DNA of 64,000 bases, taken from sequence record MH383160. One strand, written 5' to 3'. Under the pieces are notes generated by a model. The model did not search any database, was not told the DNA's origin, and saw nothing but the letters and a program-made list of their open reading frames with translations. Each line of letters opens with the position of its first letter. Position 1 is the first letter of the stretch. The position numbers were made by a program, and so were the translations under genes. This document shows, one piece after another, positions 52,090-60,384 of this stretch. Source of the DNA: Escherichia phage UB.

Positions 52090-52187
52090 AGTTTCATCAA
52101 GTCGAGAAAGACTATAGCCCACCGGGTGCATAGTTACGCCCAAAATTTCAGTACTAGATTATTTTTTAAAAATATTCATCCAGGCGG

Positions 52188-52216
52188 TTGACATTGCCCC
52201 CAGTTTATTAGATAAT
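52188..52216 (+). promoter_or_regulatory. sigma70-like promoter on plus strand
   Basis: plus strand TTGACA-N17-GATAAT immediately upstream of the iteron-like repeats. Confidence 0.4.
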
Positions 52217-52312
52217 GATTCCAGATTCAGAAAAATCTAACTCCAGATACTGCGGGGAAACTATCCCCACGCGGTAGGGGAACTATTGGAAAAAAACAAA
52301 ATAAAATTTTGA

Positions 52313-52500
52313 TTTAGCCGTCTATACTTCCAGACGTGTAACCATCTAGCCGTTTAGCCGTCCAAACGTCTAGCCATACAGCCATCCAGAAATCTAGCCG
52401 TTTAGCCGTCTAGATAGATAGCCATCTTTACTTCCAGACTTCTGGAGGGCTAGACATATCTACGTCCAAAATCCATCCAGGGTAACTACGCCCAAAATCC
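52313..52500. repeat. iteron-like direct repeat array (candidate replication origin or protein-binding array)
   Basis: TAGCCGT x5 and TAGCCAT x2; 19-mer ATCTAGCCGTTTAGCCGTC repeated at 52344 and 52392 (48-bp period); CCAGA motifs; non-coding. Confidence 0.45.
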
Positions 52501-52622
52501 GTCAGTACTATACCATAGATCTATCTTTTGAAAGGGAGTATTCAGTACTGCCACAATAGCCCTCACTGTTACTGTAGGAGGATGAAGACTATCATGTAGT
52601 ACTGAATACTGTTAGAGGGAAC

Positions 52623-52642
52623 CCACCAGCTTGTGCTGGTGG
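52623..52642. other. strong GC hairpin
   Basis: perfect 8-bp stem CCACCAGC-TTGT-GCTGGTGG, no U-run. Confidence 0.4.
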
Positions 52643-52826
52643 CATAATGCTTTAGATTAAAATCAGTACTAATACCATTCTGTTAATATCAGTACTGTTA
52701 TTACGATTTTCATATGAGGTTCAAAAAGATGTACCACCACAGGAGGAACTATCTTTTCTGTACTGTCTCACGACAGGAGGTAGAGTAAATGAATTGTTCG
52801 CAGCAACTCATCTCTCTATGTAGAAC

Positions 52827-52854
52827 ATTATACAGTACTGAATCATAATGTCAA
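52827..52854 (-). promoter_or_regulatory. sigma70-like promoter
   Basis: minus strand TTGACA-N16-TATAAT, directed leftward into the non-coding iteron region. Confidence 0.45.
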
Positions 52855-53492
52855 TAGCTTTCTTTCATTATTCAGTACTGATATTCTTGAGAACTACCCG
52901 ACTACAAACATCATTATATCCCACAAATCATAAACGTCCCAACGTAAATTTCAACTTTCGAAGATCCAACTTTTATTTCATAGGTACTCCAAAATTTTTA
53001 GGATCGAGATTTAGGATGGAGTACTAACCAACTTTTTGCTGGAGCCTCAAGGGGTAATGGAATTTTACCCCGAAGGGTAAAGGGGTAATTGAAATTAAGG
53101 TGAAAGTAATAATTCAGTACTAATCATTGCGTGATTACTTTTGATTACATTTGATGTAATTTGAAAAATGGAAAAGGAGCTTGGAAACTACAAAGTACGG
53201 CAGACTTCCTCTGCCTACTTAGTGGCATATTAGTACTGAATCATTCACACACATTTCCGTGCATTCTTGAGCAATCTTGTCTATACTAATCAGTACTGAA
53301 TCATATATAATCATTCTGTGATTCTACGGTGCTCATATAAATGTTTATATATGATTACTTATGACTACCTATGATTACGGGGTTTAGCCTGGGGAGAATC
53401 CTAGTGATCGCATTTGTCCAGGCTGAATTTTAACAATTCGCCTGTACATAAAGGTTGTTCACTAGGAGCTTCCCCTGTCTACTTGTGTTTAA

Positions 53493-53693
53493 TTACTTCC
53501 TATATATAAGCATTAAGATATAGTAGTACTGATTGTACTGTACATTCTCTTTAATATTATAAGGGTCTATAGCAATCTCGGTACATCTGTTAAATGCATA
53601 TCTATTAAATGCCAGTGGAATTATAGATCTAATCCATACTTGTTCATTTTCTTTTAGTTTACTTATATAGAAGTTTTTATACTCTTTATGCAT
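53493..53693 (-). CDS. MHKEYY family small protein (hypothetical)
   Basis: ORF track 66 aa; MHKEYKNFY...YYILMLIYRK. Confidence 0.55.
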   Translation of the reverse strand: MHKEYKNFYISKLKENEQVWIRSIIPLAFNRYAFNRCTEIAIDPYNIKENVQYNQYYYILMLIYRK

Positions 53694-53706
53694 AGTATTA
53701 TGTCTA

Positions 53707-53889
53707 TTAATATGATAGTACTAGTGTTAGTACTGAGCACAATTTTTCTTTATAGTTCTTAGGGTATATAGAATCTTTTATGCACTCATTGAAGTGCCAT
53801 AGGTATAATCTTGGGTCGCATTCTTTATATATTCTTACGGGGACGAATGTTAGTTTTCTTATATAGAATTCTTTATGTTCTTTATTCAT
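53707..53889 (-). CDS. MHKEYY family small protein (hypothetical)
   Basis: ORF track 60 aa; MNKEHKEFY... Confidence 0.55.
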   Translation of the reverse strand: MNKEHKEFYIRKLTFVPVRIYKECDPRLYLWHFNECIKDSIYPKNYKEKLCSVLTLVLSY

Positions 53890-53890
53890 A

Positions 53891-54079
53891 TTAGTACCTG
53901 AATATAAGTAGGATTATGTTATAGTACTGGTTAGTACTGCAATGATTCTCTATACATCGATTAACAGTTATGGAATAGCTATATCTGGCGTAAGCATTAT
54001 CCAGCGGGATTTTACATTGAGCACTTAGAGAAAGTACAGTAGGTAGTGTATTCAAATAGAAGTCTTTGTAATTATTCAT
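53891..54079 (-). CDS. MHKEYY family small protein (hypothetical)
   Basis: ORF track 62 aa; MNNYKDFY...YNIILLIFRY. Confidence 0.55.
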   Translation of the reverse strand: MNNYKDFYLNTLPTVLSLSAQCKIPLDNAYARYSYSITVNRCIENHCSTNQYYNIILLIFRY

Positions 54080-54281
54080 ACAGGAATAGTATACCTATGA
54101 TGCCGGAGTACAGGTTAGTACTGTTACCATCTTCATTTGCGTTTAAAGTCATTTGAATACAATTATTGTAGCATACTCTGCCGAAATATGTATTAGTACT
54201 TAAAGGTGGTGTAGTCCTTAGAAACATTTGTTCTGAGGGGCTTATGTATTTGGAGTAGAATTCTTTATGTTCTTTATTCAT
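54072..54281 (-). CDS. MHKEYY family small protein (hypothetical)
   Basis: ORF track 69 aa; MNKEHKEFY...; near-duplicate of 57255..57464. Confidence 0.55.
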   Translation of the reverse strand: MNKEHKEFYSKYISPSEQMFLRTTPPLSTNTYFGRVCYNNCIQMTLNANEDGNSTNLYSGIIGILFLYE

Positions 54282-54286
54282 ATTAG

Positions 54287-54472
54287 TTAGTGTCTGTATA
54301 TAAGTAATAGTAAGAATACGTACTGCACATCTTCATCTTTAGTATTGAGTACTGTACGTATTGCGTCATGGAACAAGAATATAGTACTTGGGTCATGAAA
54401 ATTTAAAGGGGTTCTGGGTACGGCACATTTGTAGTTCCCTTTAACAAATTGTGTGTAGTATTCTCTATGCAT
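54287..54472 (-). CDS. MHKEYY family small protein (hypothetical)
   Basis: ORF track 61 aa; MHREYY...LLLLIYRH. Confidence 0.55.
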   Translation of the reverse strand: MHREYYTQFVKGNYKCAVPRTPLNFHDPSTIFLFHDAIRTVLNTKDEDVQYVFLLLLIYRH

Positions 54473-54473
54473 A

Positions 54474-54659
54474 TTAGTACCTATATATTAGGGCGAGAAT
54501 GTAGTACAATTCATATGGAATGTAATTTGGGGTGATCGCACACTGTGTATGGTAAATGAATTGTTCGGTATTTTTCTTATCCTTGATATCTATTGGGATT
54601 TGTGGTATAAGCATTTGGGAGTTTAGATCGAGATGGCTTAAGTAGAATTCTTTATGCAT
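54474..54659 (-). CDS. MHKEYY family small protein (hypothetical)
   Basis: ORF track 61 aa; MHKEFY...YYILALIYRY. Confidence 0.55.
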   Translation of the reverse strand: MHKEFYLSHLDLNSQMLIPQIPIDIKDKKNTEQFIYHTQCAITPNYIPYELYYILALIYRY

Positions 54660-54668
54660 ATTGTTCTC

Positions 54669-54857
54669 TTAGAATACGAAAGCTAGGTACAGGGTATGAT
54701 ACAGTACTCGATGATAGCTGTCAAAATCTAGTATACATGCTTTAGTACACATAGTAAAATACACTTTATCATTTTGTGCATTGATACCGCGAGGTTTATC
54801 TAATAGATTAGTTCTGAGGTACATTGGGAAATATTTTGTGTAGTATTCTTTATGCAT
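54669..54857 (-). CDS. MHKEYY family small protein (hypothetical)
   Basis: ORF track ORF trimmed to ATG 54857 (MHKEYYTKYFPMYL). Confidence 0.55.
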   Translation of the reverse strand: MHKEYYTKYFPMYLRTNLLDKPRGINAQNDKVYFTMCTKACILDFDSYHRVLYHTLYLAFVF

Positions 54858-54858
54858 G

Positions 54859-55041
54859 TTAGTACCTGAATATAAGTAGGATAGTGTTATATAGCTGGTC
54901 ATAACTACTACTATTTTCTATACTTCGTTCTATGCAGTTATTGAATCCAAGTACTGCCAAATCGTTATCCAGAGGGACTTTATATCTGGCGTAGTGTTCA
55001 AAAATGCTGGGGAGAAATTGTTTGTAGTATTCTTTGTGCAT
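54859..55041 (-). CDS. MHKEYY family small protein (hypothetical)
   Basis: ORF track 60 aa; MHKEYYKQF...YNTILLIFRY. Confidence 0.55.
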   Translation of the reverse strand: MHKEYYKQFLPSIFEHYARYKVPLDNDLAVLGFNNCIERSIENSSSYDQLYNTILLIFRY

Positions 55042-55051
55042 ATTGTTCTCT

Positions 55052-55240
55052 TTAGTACTTGAATATTAGGGCGAGGATGTAATACAGTTTATATGTTCTA
55101 TCCTCGTACATTAGGGTGTACTTAGTACATTCTTGGAACATTGTTTTTGCGTCATCTTTTATGCCCAATGTAACGTTTGGTATAAGGCTTTGTAGATACA
55201 TTGGGAGTTTCTCTATGTAGTATTCTTTATAGTTGTTCAT
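55052..55240 (-). CDS. MHKEYY family small protein (hypothetical)
   Basis: ORF track 62 aa; MNNYKEYYIEKLPMYL...YYILALIFKY. Confidence 0.55.
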   Translation of the reverse strand: MNNYKEYYIEKLPMYLQSLIPNVTLGIKDDAKTMFQECTKYTLMYEDRTYKLYYILALIFKY

Positions 55241-55248
55241 ATTATGTG

Positions 55249-55428
55249 TTATTTCGTGAAAACAAGGGTTAGTACTGCATAGTACAAGTCATACGTATCT
55301 TTAGGGTTAATAGCACCTTTAATACATTCTTTCATTAATTCATTATAGATAATTTTAGTACTGAAGGTATTGGATGTTACTATATCGGAATTAAGGTACG
55401 ACAAGTAGAATTCTTTATGTTTGTGCAT
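55249..55428 (-). CDS. MHKEYY family small protein (hypothetical)
   Basis: 59-aa ORF MHKHKEFYLSYL...YYAVLTLVFTK; below ORF-track cutoff. Confidence 0.45.
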   Translation of the reverse strand: MHKHKEFYLSYLNSDIVTSNTFSTKIIYNELMKECIKGAINPKDTYDLYYAVLTLVFTK

Positions 55429-55429
55429 A

Positions 55430-55615
55430 TTAGTACTTATATATTAGTAAAAGGATGTGATACAGTACTCGATTATAGTCTTCAATATATATCGAGGATT
55501 TAGTGCACTGAATGAAGTAGTCTTTTTCGTAGTTTTTTTCTATACCCAATGGTTCTGTTGGTAGAAGGTGTTGGAGATACATTGGGAGTTTCTCTATGTA
55601 GTATTCTTTATGCAT
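55430..55615 (-). CDS. MHKEYY family small protein (hypothetical)
   Basis: ORF track ORF trimmed to ATG 55615 (MHKEYYIEKLPMYL). Confidence 0.55.
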   Translation of the reverse strand: MHKEYYIEKLPMYLQHLLPTEPLGIEKNYEKDYFIQCTKSSIYIEDYNRVLYHILLLIYKY

Positions 55616-56273
55616 AGTTTGTAATATACGTAATGAGGTGATGCATTTTCTTATTAGTACTGATAATTTCCTGTACATGTTTTGTCAGATTGTACGCGTT
55701 TTTATAGAGTACTGGATTATCGATTACAGTACTGTACATGAATAGTTCTTCTTCCTGTAGTTCTTTGTGTTCTAGTTCTTTGAGGAATTGCAGTACTGTA
55801 TCAGTTTCGTCAGTAGGTTGTGCTTGCCAGAAGTGCATTTTCTCGTGTACTTTTTCTGATCCTACGTAGTATCCATCACCGATTTGGAATTGAGCACTAC
55901 TGATATCATTTGGTGTATTACAATTCACGAATAGGTATACGTTTCCATAAGAGATATTCAAAACACACGGGATACCATTTAACTGTATAGTTAAGCCGAA
56001 ATATACGTTTTTTATATTTTTAGTACTAGTATTAGTACTCAATACTTTTAAATCAGTATTATAGATATTCGCATAATCAATAGAGATATTATTTTTCTTC
56101 AAGTACGATTTGAGGTTCTTAGATACGAGAACTGTACTGAATTTATCCTTTTTATTTCGTTTCTTTAGTACATTAGGGTGATAAGTATATGAAGATGTAA
56201 CTGATTCTGCTTGAATACTGTTGAGGTACTTAAAGTGCTTAAGGTATTGTTTACTGTGTGCATTAAGTTTCAT
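55608..56273 (-). CDS. FQ-motif family protein (hypothetical), outlier copy inside MHKEYY array
   Basis: ORF track 221 aa; motif EEELFMYSTVID. Confidence 0.6.
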   Translation of the reverse strand: MKLNAHSKQYLKHFKYLNSIQAESVTSSYTYHPNVLKKRNKKDKFSTVLVSKNLKSYLKKNNISIDYANIYNTDLKVLSTNTSTKNIKNVYFGLTIQLNGIPCVLNISYGNVYLFVNCNTPNDISSAQFQIGDGYYVGSEKVHEKMHFWQAQPTDETDTVLQFLKELEHKELQEEELFMYSTVIDNPVLYKNAYNLTKHVQEIISTNKKMHHLITYITNYA

Positions 56274-56283
56274 TTGGTTTCCT

Positions 56284-56463
56284 TTATATAGATGCCAGGG
56301 CGAGGATTTCCCTGTAGGGATTATCTTGTGTTAGTACAGAATAAATGCAGCTATTGAGATTAATATTTTTAGTACTTTTTGTTCCTAGTTTGTAGTAATC
56401 AACGAATGTGTCGTACATGAAACGGTCTTTTATGGTTATACGTTCTATATAGAATTGTTGCAT
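56284..56463 (-). CDS. MHKEYY family small protein, divergent (hypothetical)
   Basis: 59-aa ORF MQQFYIERITIKDRF...; below ORF-track cutoff. Confidence 0.4.
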   Translation of the reverse strand: MQQFYIERITIKDRFMYDTFVDYYKLGTKSTKNINLNSCIYSVLTQDNPYREILALASI

Positions 56464-56471
56464 AGTATTCC

Positions 56472-56654
56472 TTATATAGAGATTAGTTTCATTACTTCTC
56501 TGTATGTGTACTTTTCGTTTTGTGCATCTCTTGTGACGACATATAGGAAGGTGTGTTTATCTTTTTTGTTCCCGCAATTGTAGAAAATATTGAACTTATT
56601 GAAGTTGAATCTTTCGGCGTGTTGTAGTTTAGTTAAATAGAATTCTATGTTCAT
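56472..56654 (-). CDS. MHKEYY family small protein, divergent (hypothetical)
   Basis: ORF track 60 aa; MNIEFYLTKL...KYTYREVMKLISI. Confidence 0.5.
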   Translation of the reverse strand: MNIEFYLTKLQHAERFNFNKFNIFYNCGNKKDKHTFLYVVTRDAQNEKYTYREVMKLISI

Positions 56655-56662
56655 TTTATTCC

Positions 56663-56848
56663 TTACATTTCAATAAGTTTAAGTACTGCTCGGTACGTGT
56701 ACTTAGTTGTCAGTGCTTCTTTAATAGAAACACAGAAGTAATGTTTTTTGTCTCTTATACTGCCGCGTTTGTAGTACCACACATGGGAGTTGTGACTGTA
56801 CTTGTCTCTGTCGGATAGTTGTTGGTAGTAGTAGCTTATATGATTCAT
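56663..56848 (-). CDS. MHKEYY family small protein, divergent (hypothetical)
   Basis: ORF track 61 aa; ...KYTYRAVLKLIEM. Confidence 0.5.
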   Translation of the reverse strand: MNHISYYYQQLSDRDKYSHNSHVWYYKRGSIRDKKHYFCVSIKEALTTKYTYRAVLKLIEM

Positions 56849-57057
56849 TATAATGTAATTAGCCTTACTATATTAAAGTACTCGGTTCCTGGTGTACCTT
56901 GTAGTATATTACGCACGACATTTTTTTGGTGCTGGATGATTGCTGAAGGTGCGGTTCTTTTTAGTTTTTTTAAAGTACTGAATTCTTGTTTAAGTATGAA
57001 CTGTACATCTTTAGGGAGAATATCTATGTAGTACTGATGAATGTTTGTAGTTTTCAT
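56848..57057 (-). CDS. MHKEYY family small protein, divergent (hypothetical)
   Basis: ORF track 69 aa; MKTTNIHQYYIDILP... Confidence 0.5.
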   Translation of the reverse strand: MKTTNIHQYYIDILPKDVQFILKQEFSTLKKLKRTAPSAIIQHQKNVVRNILQGTPGTEYFNIVRLITL

Positions 57058-57067
57058 ATAGCACCTT

Positions 57068-57262
57068 TTAGAACTTAAAGATGAGGTTCAGGATAGAGCG
57101 GTACTTAGTTTCAGGGAACTGATGTTCTATTGCATAACGTGTCGCCATCCTGAAATCGTAATTGTAATATAGATTATCCTTTCTCATAGGTGGTGCTAAA
57201 GAGAATGATAGCTGGTCTTGCTTGTGTAGTTTACTACCATAGAAATCTTTATGATTATTCAT
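57068..57262 (-). CDS. MHKEYY family small protein (hypothetical)
   Basis: ORF track 64 aa; MNNHKDFY...LNLIFKF. Confidence 0.55.
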   Translation of the reverse strand: MNNHKDFYGSKLHKQDQLSFSLAPPMRKDNLYYNYDFRMATRYAIEHQFPETKYRSILNLIFKF

Positions 57263-57464
57263 AGAAGTAGATTAGTCCTATTAAACCTGAGTACATAATA
57301 TTTTTGTTATTGCATTCGATTGCTTCTAGAGTACTACGTATACAATTATTAAAGCAATCTCTACCGAATTGAGTATTGGTACTTACAGGTGATACACTCC
57401 TTAGAAACAATTGTTCTTCGTTGCTAAGGTATTTGGTGTAGAATTCTTTATGTTCAGTATTCAT
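57255..57464 (-). CDS. MHKEYY family small protein (hypothetical)
   Basis: ORF track 69 aa; MNTEHKEFYTKYLS... Confidence 0.55.
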   Translation of the reverse strand: MNTEHKEFYTKYLSNEEQLFLRSVSPVSTNTQFGRDCFNNCIRSTLEAIECNNKNIMYSGLIGLIYFYE

Positions 57465-57465
57465 A

Positions 57466-57669
57466 TTAGTACTCGATTAATAGGGTAAGGATGTAATAGT
57501 ATTGCATACATTCTACCCCTTGTAAAGCATTTCTTATGTTATTATTCCTGTACGAGTTCAGGAGTTTAGGGCTACGTTTGAGGTGTTTGAAATTAGTTTG
57601 TGTATGCAGTAGGCTTTCACGTAGACCTTTTGTTGGTAGTGCATCGATGTAGTACTGTTCGATATTCAT
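57466..57669 (-). CDS. MHKEYY family small protein, divergent (hypothetical)
   Basis: ORF track 67 aa; MNIEQYYIDALP...YYYILTLLIEY. Confidence 0.5.
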   Translation of the reverse strand: MNIEQYYIDALPTKGLRESLLHTQTNFKHLKRSPKLLNSYRNNNIRNALQGVECMQYYYILTLLIEY

Positions 57670-57893
57670 ATAGATAGCAGTACTAAGATTTTTGATAATT
57701 GTTTATTGCTATCCCCGCAGATGTTGCTGTGTAAAATACTCACAATGAGGGTATCAATTGCATTGTTCATCATAAGGGTGCATCCTGGACTATTATAATT
57801 TTTTAGCTCAATTAGCCACGAACTATCCGAGAGAAATTCCCCGTACTCTAGTTCATTTAGAGTATTGAGGTAGTACTTAAGAGTATTTGTCAT
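57666..57893 (-). CDS. MHKEYY family small protein, divergent (hypothetical)
   Basis: ORF track 75 aa; first gene of array; AAGGAG RBS. Confidence 0.5.
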   Translation of the reverse strand: MTNTLKYYLNTLNELEYGEFLSDSSWLIELKNYNSPGCTLMMNNAIDTLIVSILHSNICGDSNKQLSKILVLLSI

Positions 57894-57908
57894 GTGTAGT
57901 TCTCCTTA

Positions 57909-57937
57909 TATTCCTTCTATAGTACACCAGTACTGAA
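57909..57937 (-). promoter_or_regulatory. sigma70-like promoter for the MHKEYY array
   Basis: minus strand TTGACA-N17-TACTAT in the divergent intergenic region. Confidence 0.45.
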
Positions 57938-57964
57938 AGGATGTCAAGGGTTTTCTTTATGGGG

Positions 57965-57979
57965 TAAATATGATATAAT
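57965..57979 (+). promoter_or_regulatory. -10-only promoter-like element (candidate late-type promoter)
   Basis: TAAATATGATATAAT followed by GAATAAGGAGG RBS; no -35 match. Confidence 0.35.
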
Positions 57980-57995
57980 GAATAAGGAGGGAAAT

Positions 57996-59132
57996 ATGTT
58001 ACCTTTTGCAAGAATGATGAATTATGGGAACGTAGCACCAGATAAACTAAAAATACGTGATATTGTTGCAGGTGCTAATTCATTATTACTAATAACAGAG
58101 GATAATGAATTATGGGTGCGTGGTAATAATGCGTATGGCAAATTAGGTATAGGAACTGATACTATAGTGAATGTAACCGAGTGGACTAAAGTTAGAGATG
58201 ATGTTAAGTTTGCTTGTGCTAGTAATTTAGTATGCGTTGTATTAACTGTAGATAATAAAATTTTATACTGTGGTGATGAATGGTTTGAATCTGGTGGTTC
58301 GACAAGTTCTAAAGTTGTTACATGGAAAGATGTTACGACACAATTTAGTGCAGTGAATCTAAGCACAGTTCGTGAAATGAAAATAACTTATTATTGTGTA
58401 GGATTACTTACAAATGATAATAGATTATATGCTAAAGGATATGATAATAACCAATCATTTGGTGGTTCAACAAGCAAAGTTAATGCTGTATTAGTTGCGT
58501 CAAATGTTTCAAAATTCTACACTTCTCTATCTGGTACTATATATTCTAGTACTACTGGTGGTTACTATCGCTGTGGTATAAGCAATACTGGAGCATTGGG
58601 TACTAGCACAAATTTAACTTCTTATAATTTGTACTCTGCTCCCGAATTTGCATCCGAATGTGCAGTTGGTATGTCAACATTAAACTCTGGTATATTATAT
58701 TATGATACTAATGGTATCACTAGATATGTTATAGCAGGTCAAAATAGAAATTATCAACTAGGTAATTCTTCTTCAAATACCACAAACGTATATTCGTATA
58801 CAGAATTAACCGGATATAGAGGCAGGTTTAGGGATTTGTGGAGTGATATGAATAACTCTGTTCTTTCTTTTGCTATAAGCACAGATGGCAATACTTTATA
58901 TTATGCTGGTACTAACAATACACTATCTTCTGGTGATCCTGGTGTTGAATATTCATCTGCATTCAAAGAAGTACCACACGGGTTTAATGATATAACAAAG
59001 GCGGCATCGTTAGCATATCTATCTATAGTGCAAGATTCAACGGGATGGTATTATTCTGGAAATGCAACTACGTTATATGGTTTGCCATCGAGTGGTGAAT
59101 TTATACCATTACCATTACCAACATTAATTTAA
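57996..59132 (+). CDS. RCC1-like repeat (beta-propeller) protein, MLPFARM paralog family
   Basis: ORF trimmed to ATG 57996 after AAGGAGG; repeats GNNAYGKLGIG, GYDNNQSFGG, GQNRNYQLGN. Confidence 0.6.
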   Translation: MLPFARMMNYGNVAPDKLKIRDIVAGANSLLLITEDNELWVRGNNAYGKLGIGTDTIVNVTEWTKVRDDVKFACASNLVCVVLTVDNKILYCGDEWFESGGSTSSKVVTWKDVTTQFSAVNLSTVREMKITYYCVGLLTNDNRLYAKGYDNNQSFGGSTSKVNAVLVASNVSKFYTSLSGTIYSSTTGGYYRCGISNTGALGTSTNLTSYNLYSAPEFASECAVGMSTLNSGILYYDTNGITRYVIAGQNRNYQLGNSSSNTTNVYSYTELTGYRGRFRDLWSDMNNSVLSFAISTDGNTLYYAGTNNTLSSGDPGVEYSSAFKEVPHGFNDITKAASLAYLSIVQDSTGWYYSGNATTLYGLPSSGEFIPLPLPTLI

Positions 59133-59138
59133 ATATAG

Positions 59139-59169
59139 GCCAGTACTTGATACTGGCTTTCTTTTTTTT
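59139..59169 (+). terminator. intrinsic terminator
   Basis: GCCAGTA-CTTGA-TACTGGC then T-rich run. Confidence 0.6.
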
Positions 59170-59172
59170 GTA

Positions 59173-59188
59173 TTAAATATAGTATAAT
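59173..59188 (+). promoter_or_regulatory. -10-only promoter-like element
   Basis: conserved TTAAATATAGTATAAT immediately before GAATAAGGAGG. Confidence 0.35.
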
Positions 59189-59204
59189 GAATAAGGAGGG
59201 ATTT

Positions 59205-60314
59205 ATGTTACCTTTTGGAAGAATGGTTAAGTACGGAAATATTGTACCTGGTCCTAAAAATATAATTAAAGTTGGTGCTTCTACACAAGGTCAATTCTTA
59301 TTGACTGATTCACATGATTTATATTACATAGGTAGAAATCAAGGTGGTGAATCTGGAAATGGTAATACCAACACGGTATCTTCATGGATATTAGTAAGTG
59401 CAGATGTTTCTAATTTTTTCGTGGGTGATCGTACACTTGTTATTATTAAAAATGATAATACTATATGGACATCAGGTCAAACGTACTGGTTCTCATCTTC
59501 TACAACTACTTCTTACAGTACTGTATTAGTTGAAAGGACTAGTTGGTTTACCACGGCTATACCAGTAAGTGAGATTGCTAATATTGTATGTACAAATGGT
59601 TTAATATTTGTACTTAGCACTAATTCAGTACTCTATGGTGCAGGAGATAATGGATATCGTGGTTCTTTGGGTATTGGTTCATCATCAATTTATACATTAA
59701 CTCAATGTGCTACGAACGTTCGTAAAGTAATGACAAATGCGAATGATAGTATGTATCTTACATTAGATAATAAGCTATATAGTTCTGGATGGAATAGTAG
59801 TGGGCAGCATGGTACGGGGAACCAAACACAAATTAATACTTGGGGATTACGTAGTTCTGGTGTAATCGATGCAGCAATTGGTGGTAATGCATTAAATTAC
59901 TATAATGGTACATCATATTTCGTATGTGGTCAAACTCCAAACTTTCTTAGTTCAGGTACGACTACATTCCGTGCAGTTCCTGTAAGTACTTTGCCTAATA
60001 GTTCTCCGTTGTTTATGACGAATTCACCTGCATTAAATACTGCTACACAAATGGTAATTACTAGTACATATCAGAAGGGTGTTGGGGCGAACCGTGGTTT
60101 GGGATTAAACAATTCTCAAACTGGTGCTATATATAGTGCTACCAATTTACAATTACCCGTTGAAGTTAGTGAGATTAGGGATGTTCTTTTTAGTGATGGT
60201 TTGACATCGATATTAACCAAAAATGGAGATGTGTATAGTACTGGATCGTATTACGCCATTCCAGGTGCAATCGAGGATGTTGCAGTCTTTACTAAAATTG
60301 ATTTACCAAAATAA
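59205..60314 (+). CDS. RCC1-like repeat protein, MLPFGRM paralog family
   Basis: ORF trimmed to ATG 59205; repeats GDNGYRGSLGIG, GWNSSGQHGTG. Confidence 0.6.
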   Translation: MLPFGRMVKYGNIVPGPKNIIKVGASTQGQFLLTDSHDLYYIGRNQGGESGNGNTNTVSSWILVSADVSNFFVGDRTLVIIKNDNTIWTSGQTYWFSSSTTTSYSTVLVERTSWFTTAIPVSEIANIVCTNGLIFVLSTNSVLYGAGDNGYRGSLGIGSSSIYTLTQCATNVRKVMTNANDSMYLTLDNKLYSSGWNSSGQHGTGNQTQINTWGLRSSGVIDAAIGGNALNYYNGTSYFVCGQTPNFLSSGTTTFRAVPVSTLPNSSPLFMTNSPALNTATQMVITSTYQKGVGANRGLGLNNSQTGAIYSATNLQLPVEVSEIRDVLFSDGLTSILTKNGDVYSTGSYYAIPGAIEDVAVFTKIDLPK

Positions 60315-60320
60315 CATAAT

Positions 60321-60350
60321 GCCAGTACTTGATACTGGCTTTTATTTTTT
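60321..60350 (+). terminator. intrinsic terminator
   Basis: GCCAGTA-CTTGA-TACTGGC then TTTTATTTTTT. Confidence 0.6.
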
Positions 60351-60352
60351 GA

Positions 60353-60368
60353 TTAAATATAGTATAAT
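60353..60368 (+). promoter_or_regulatory. -10-only promoter-like element
   Basis: TTAAATATAGTATAAT before RBS. Confidence 0.35.
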
Positions 60369-60384
60369 GAATAAAGGAGGAATT

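Noticed and set aside
51600-53490. tRNA or other canonical RNA genes in the non-coding region
   Set aside because: No cloverleaf-compatible sequence (no GTTC-type T-arm with paired acceptor stem) was found by eye; a tRNA scan would be needed to be definitive.
58022-58366. 114-aa minus-strand ORF inside the first RCC1-like gene
   Set aside because: Embedded antisense in a well-supported plus-strand gene; no RBS.
60223-60384. Long N-terminal extensions of ORF-track ORFs 60223..61572 and 61559..62812
   Set aside because: The extensions read through the upstream terminator hairpin and -10 element; conserved RBS-ATG (MLPFARM) marks the real start.
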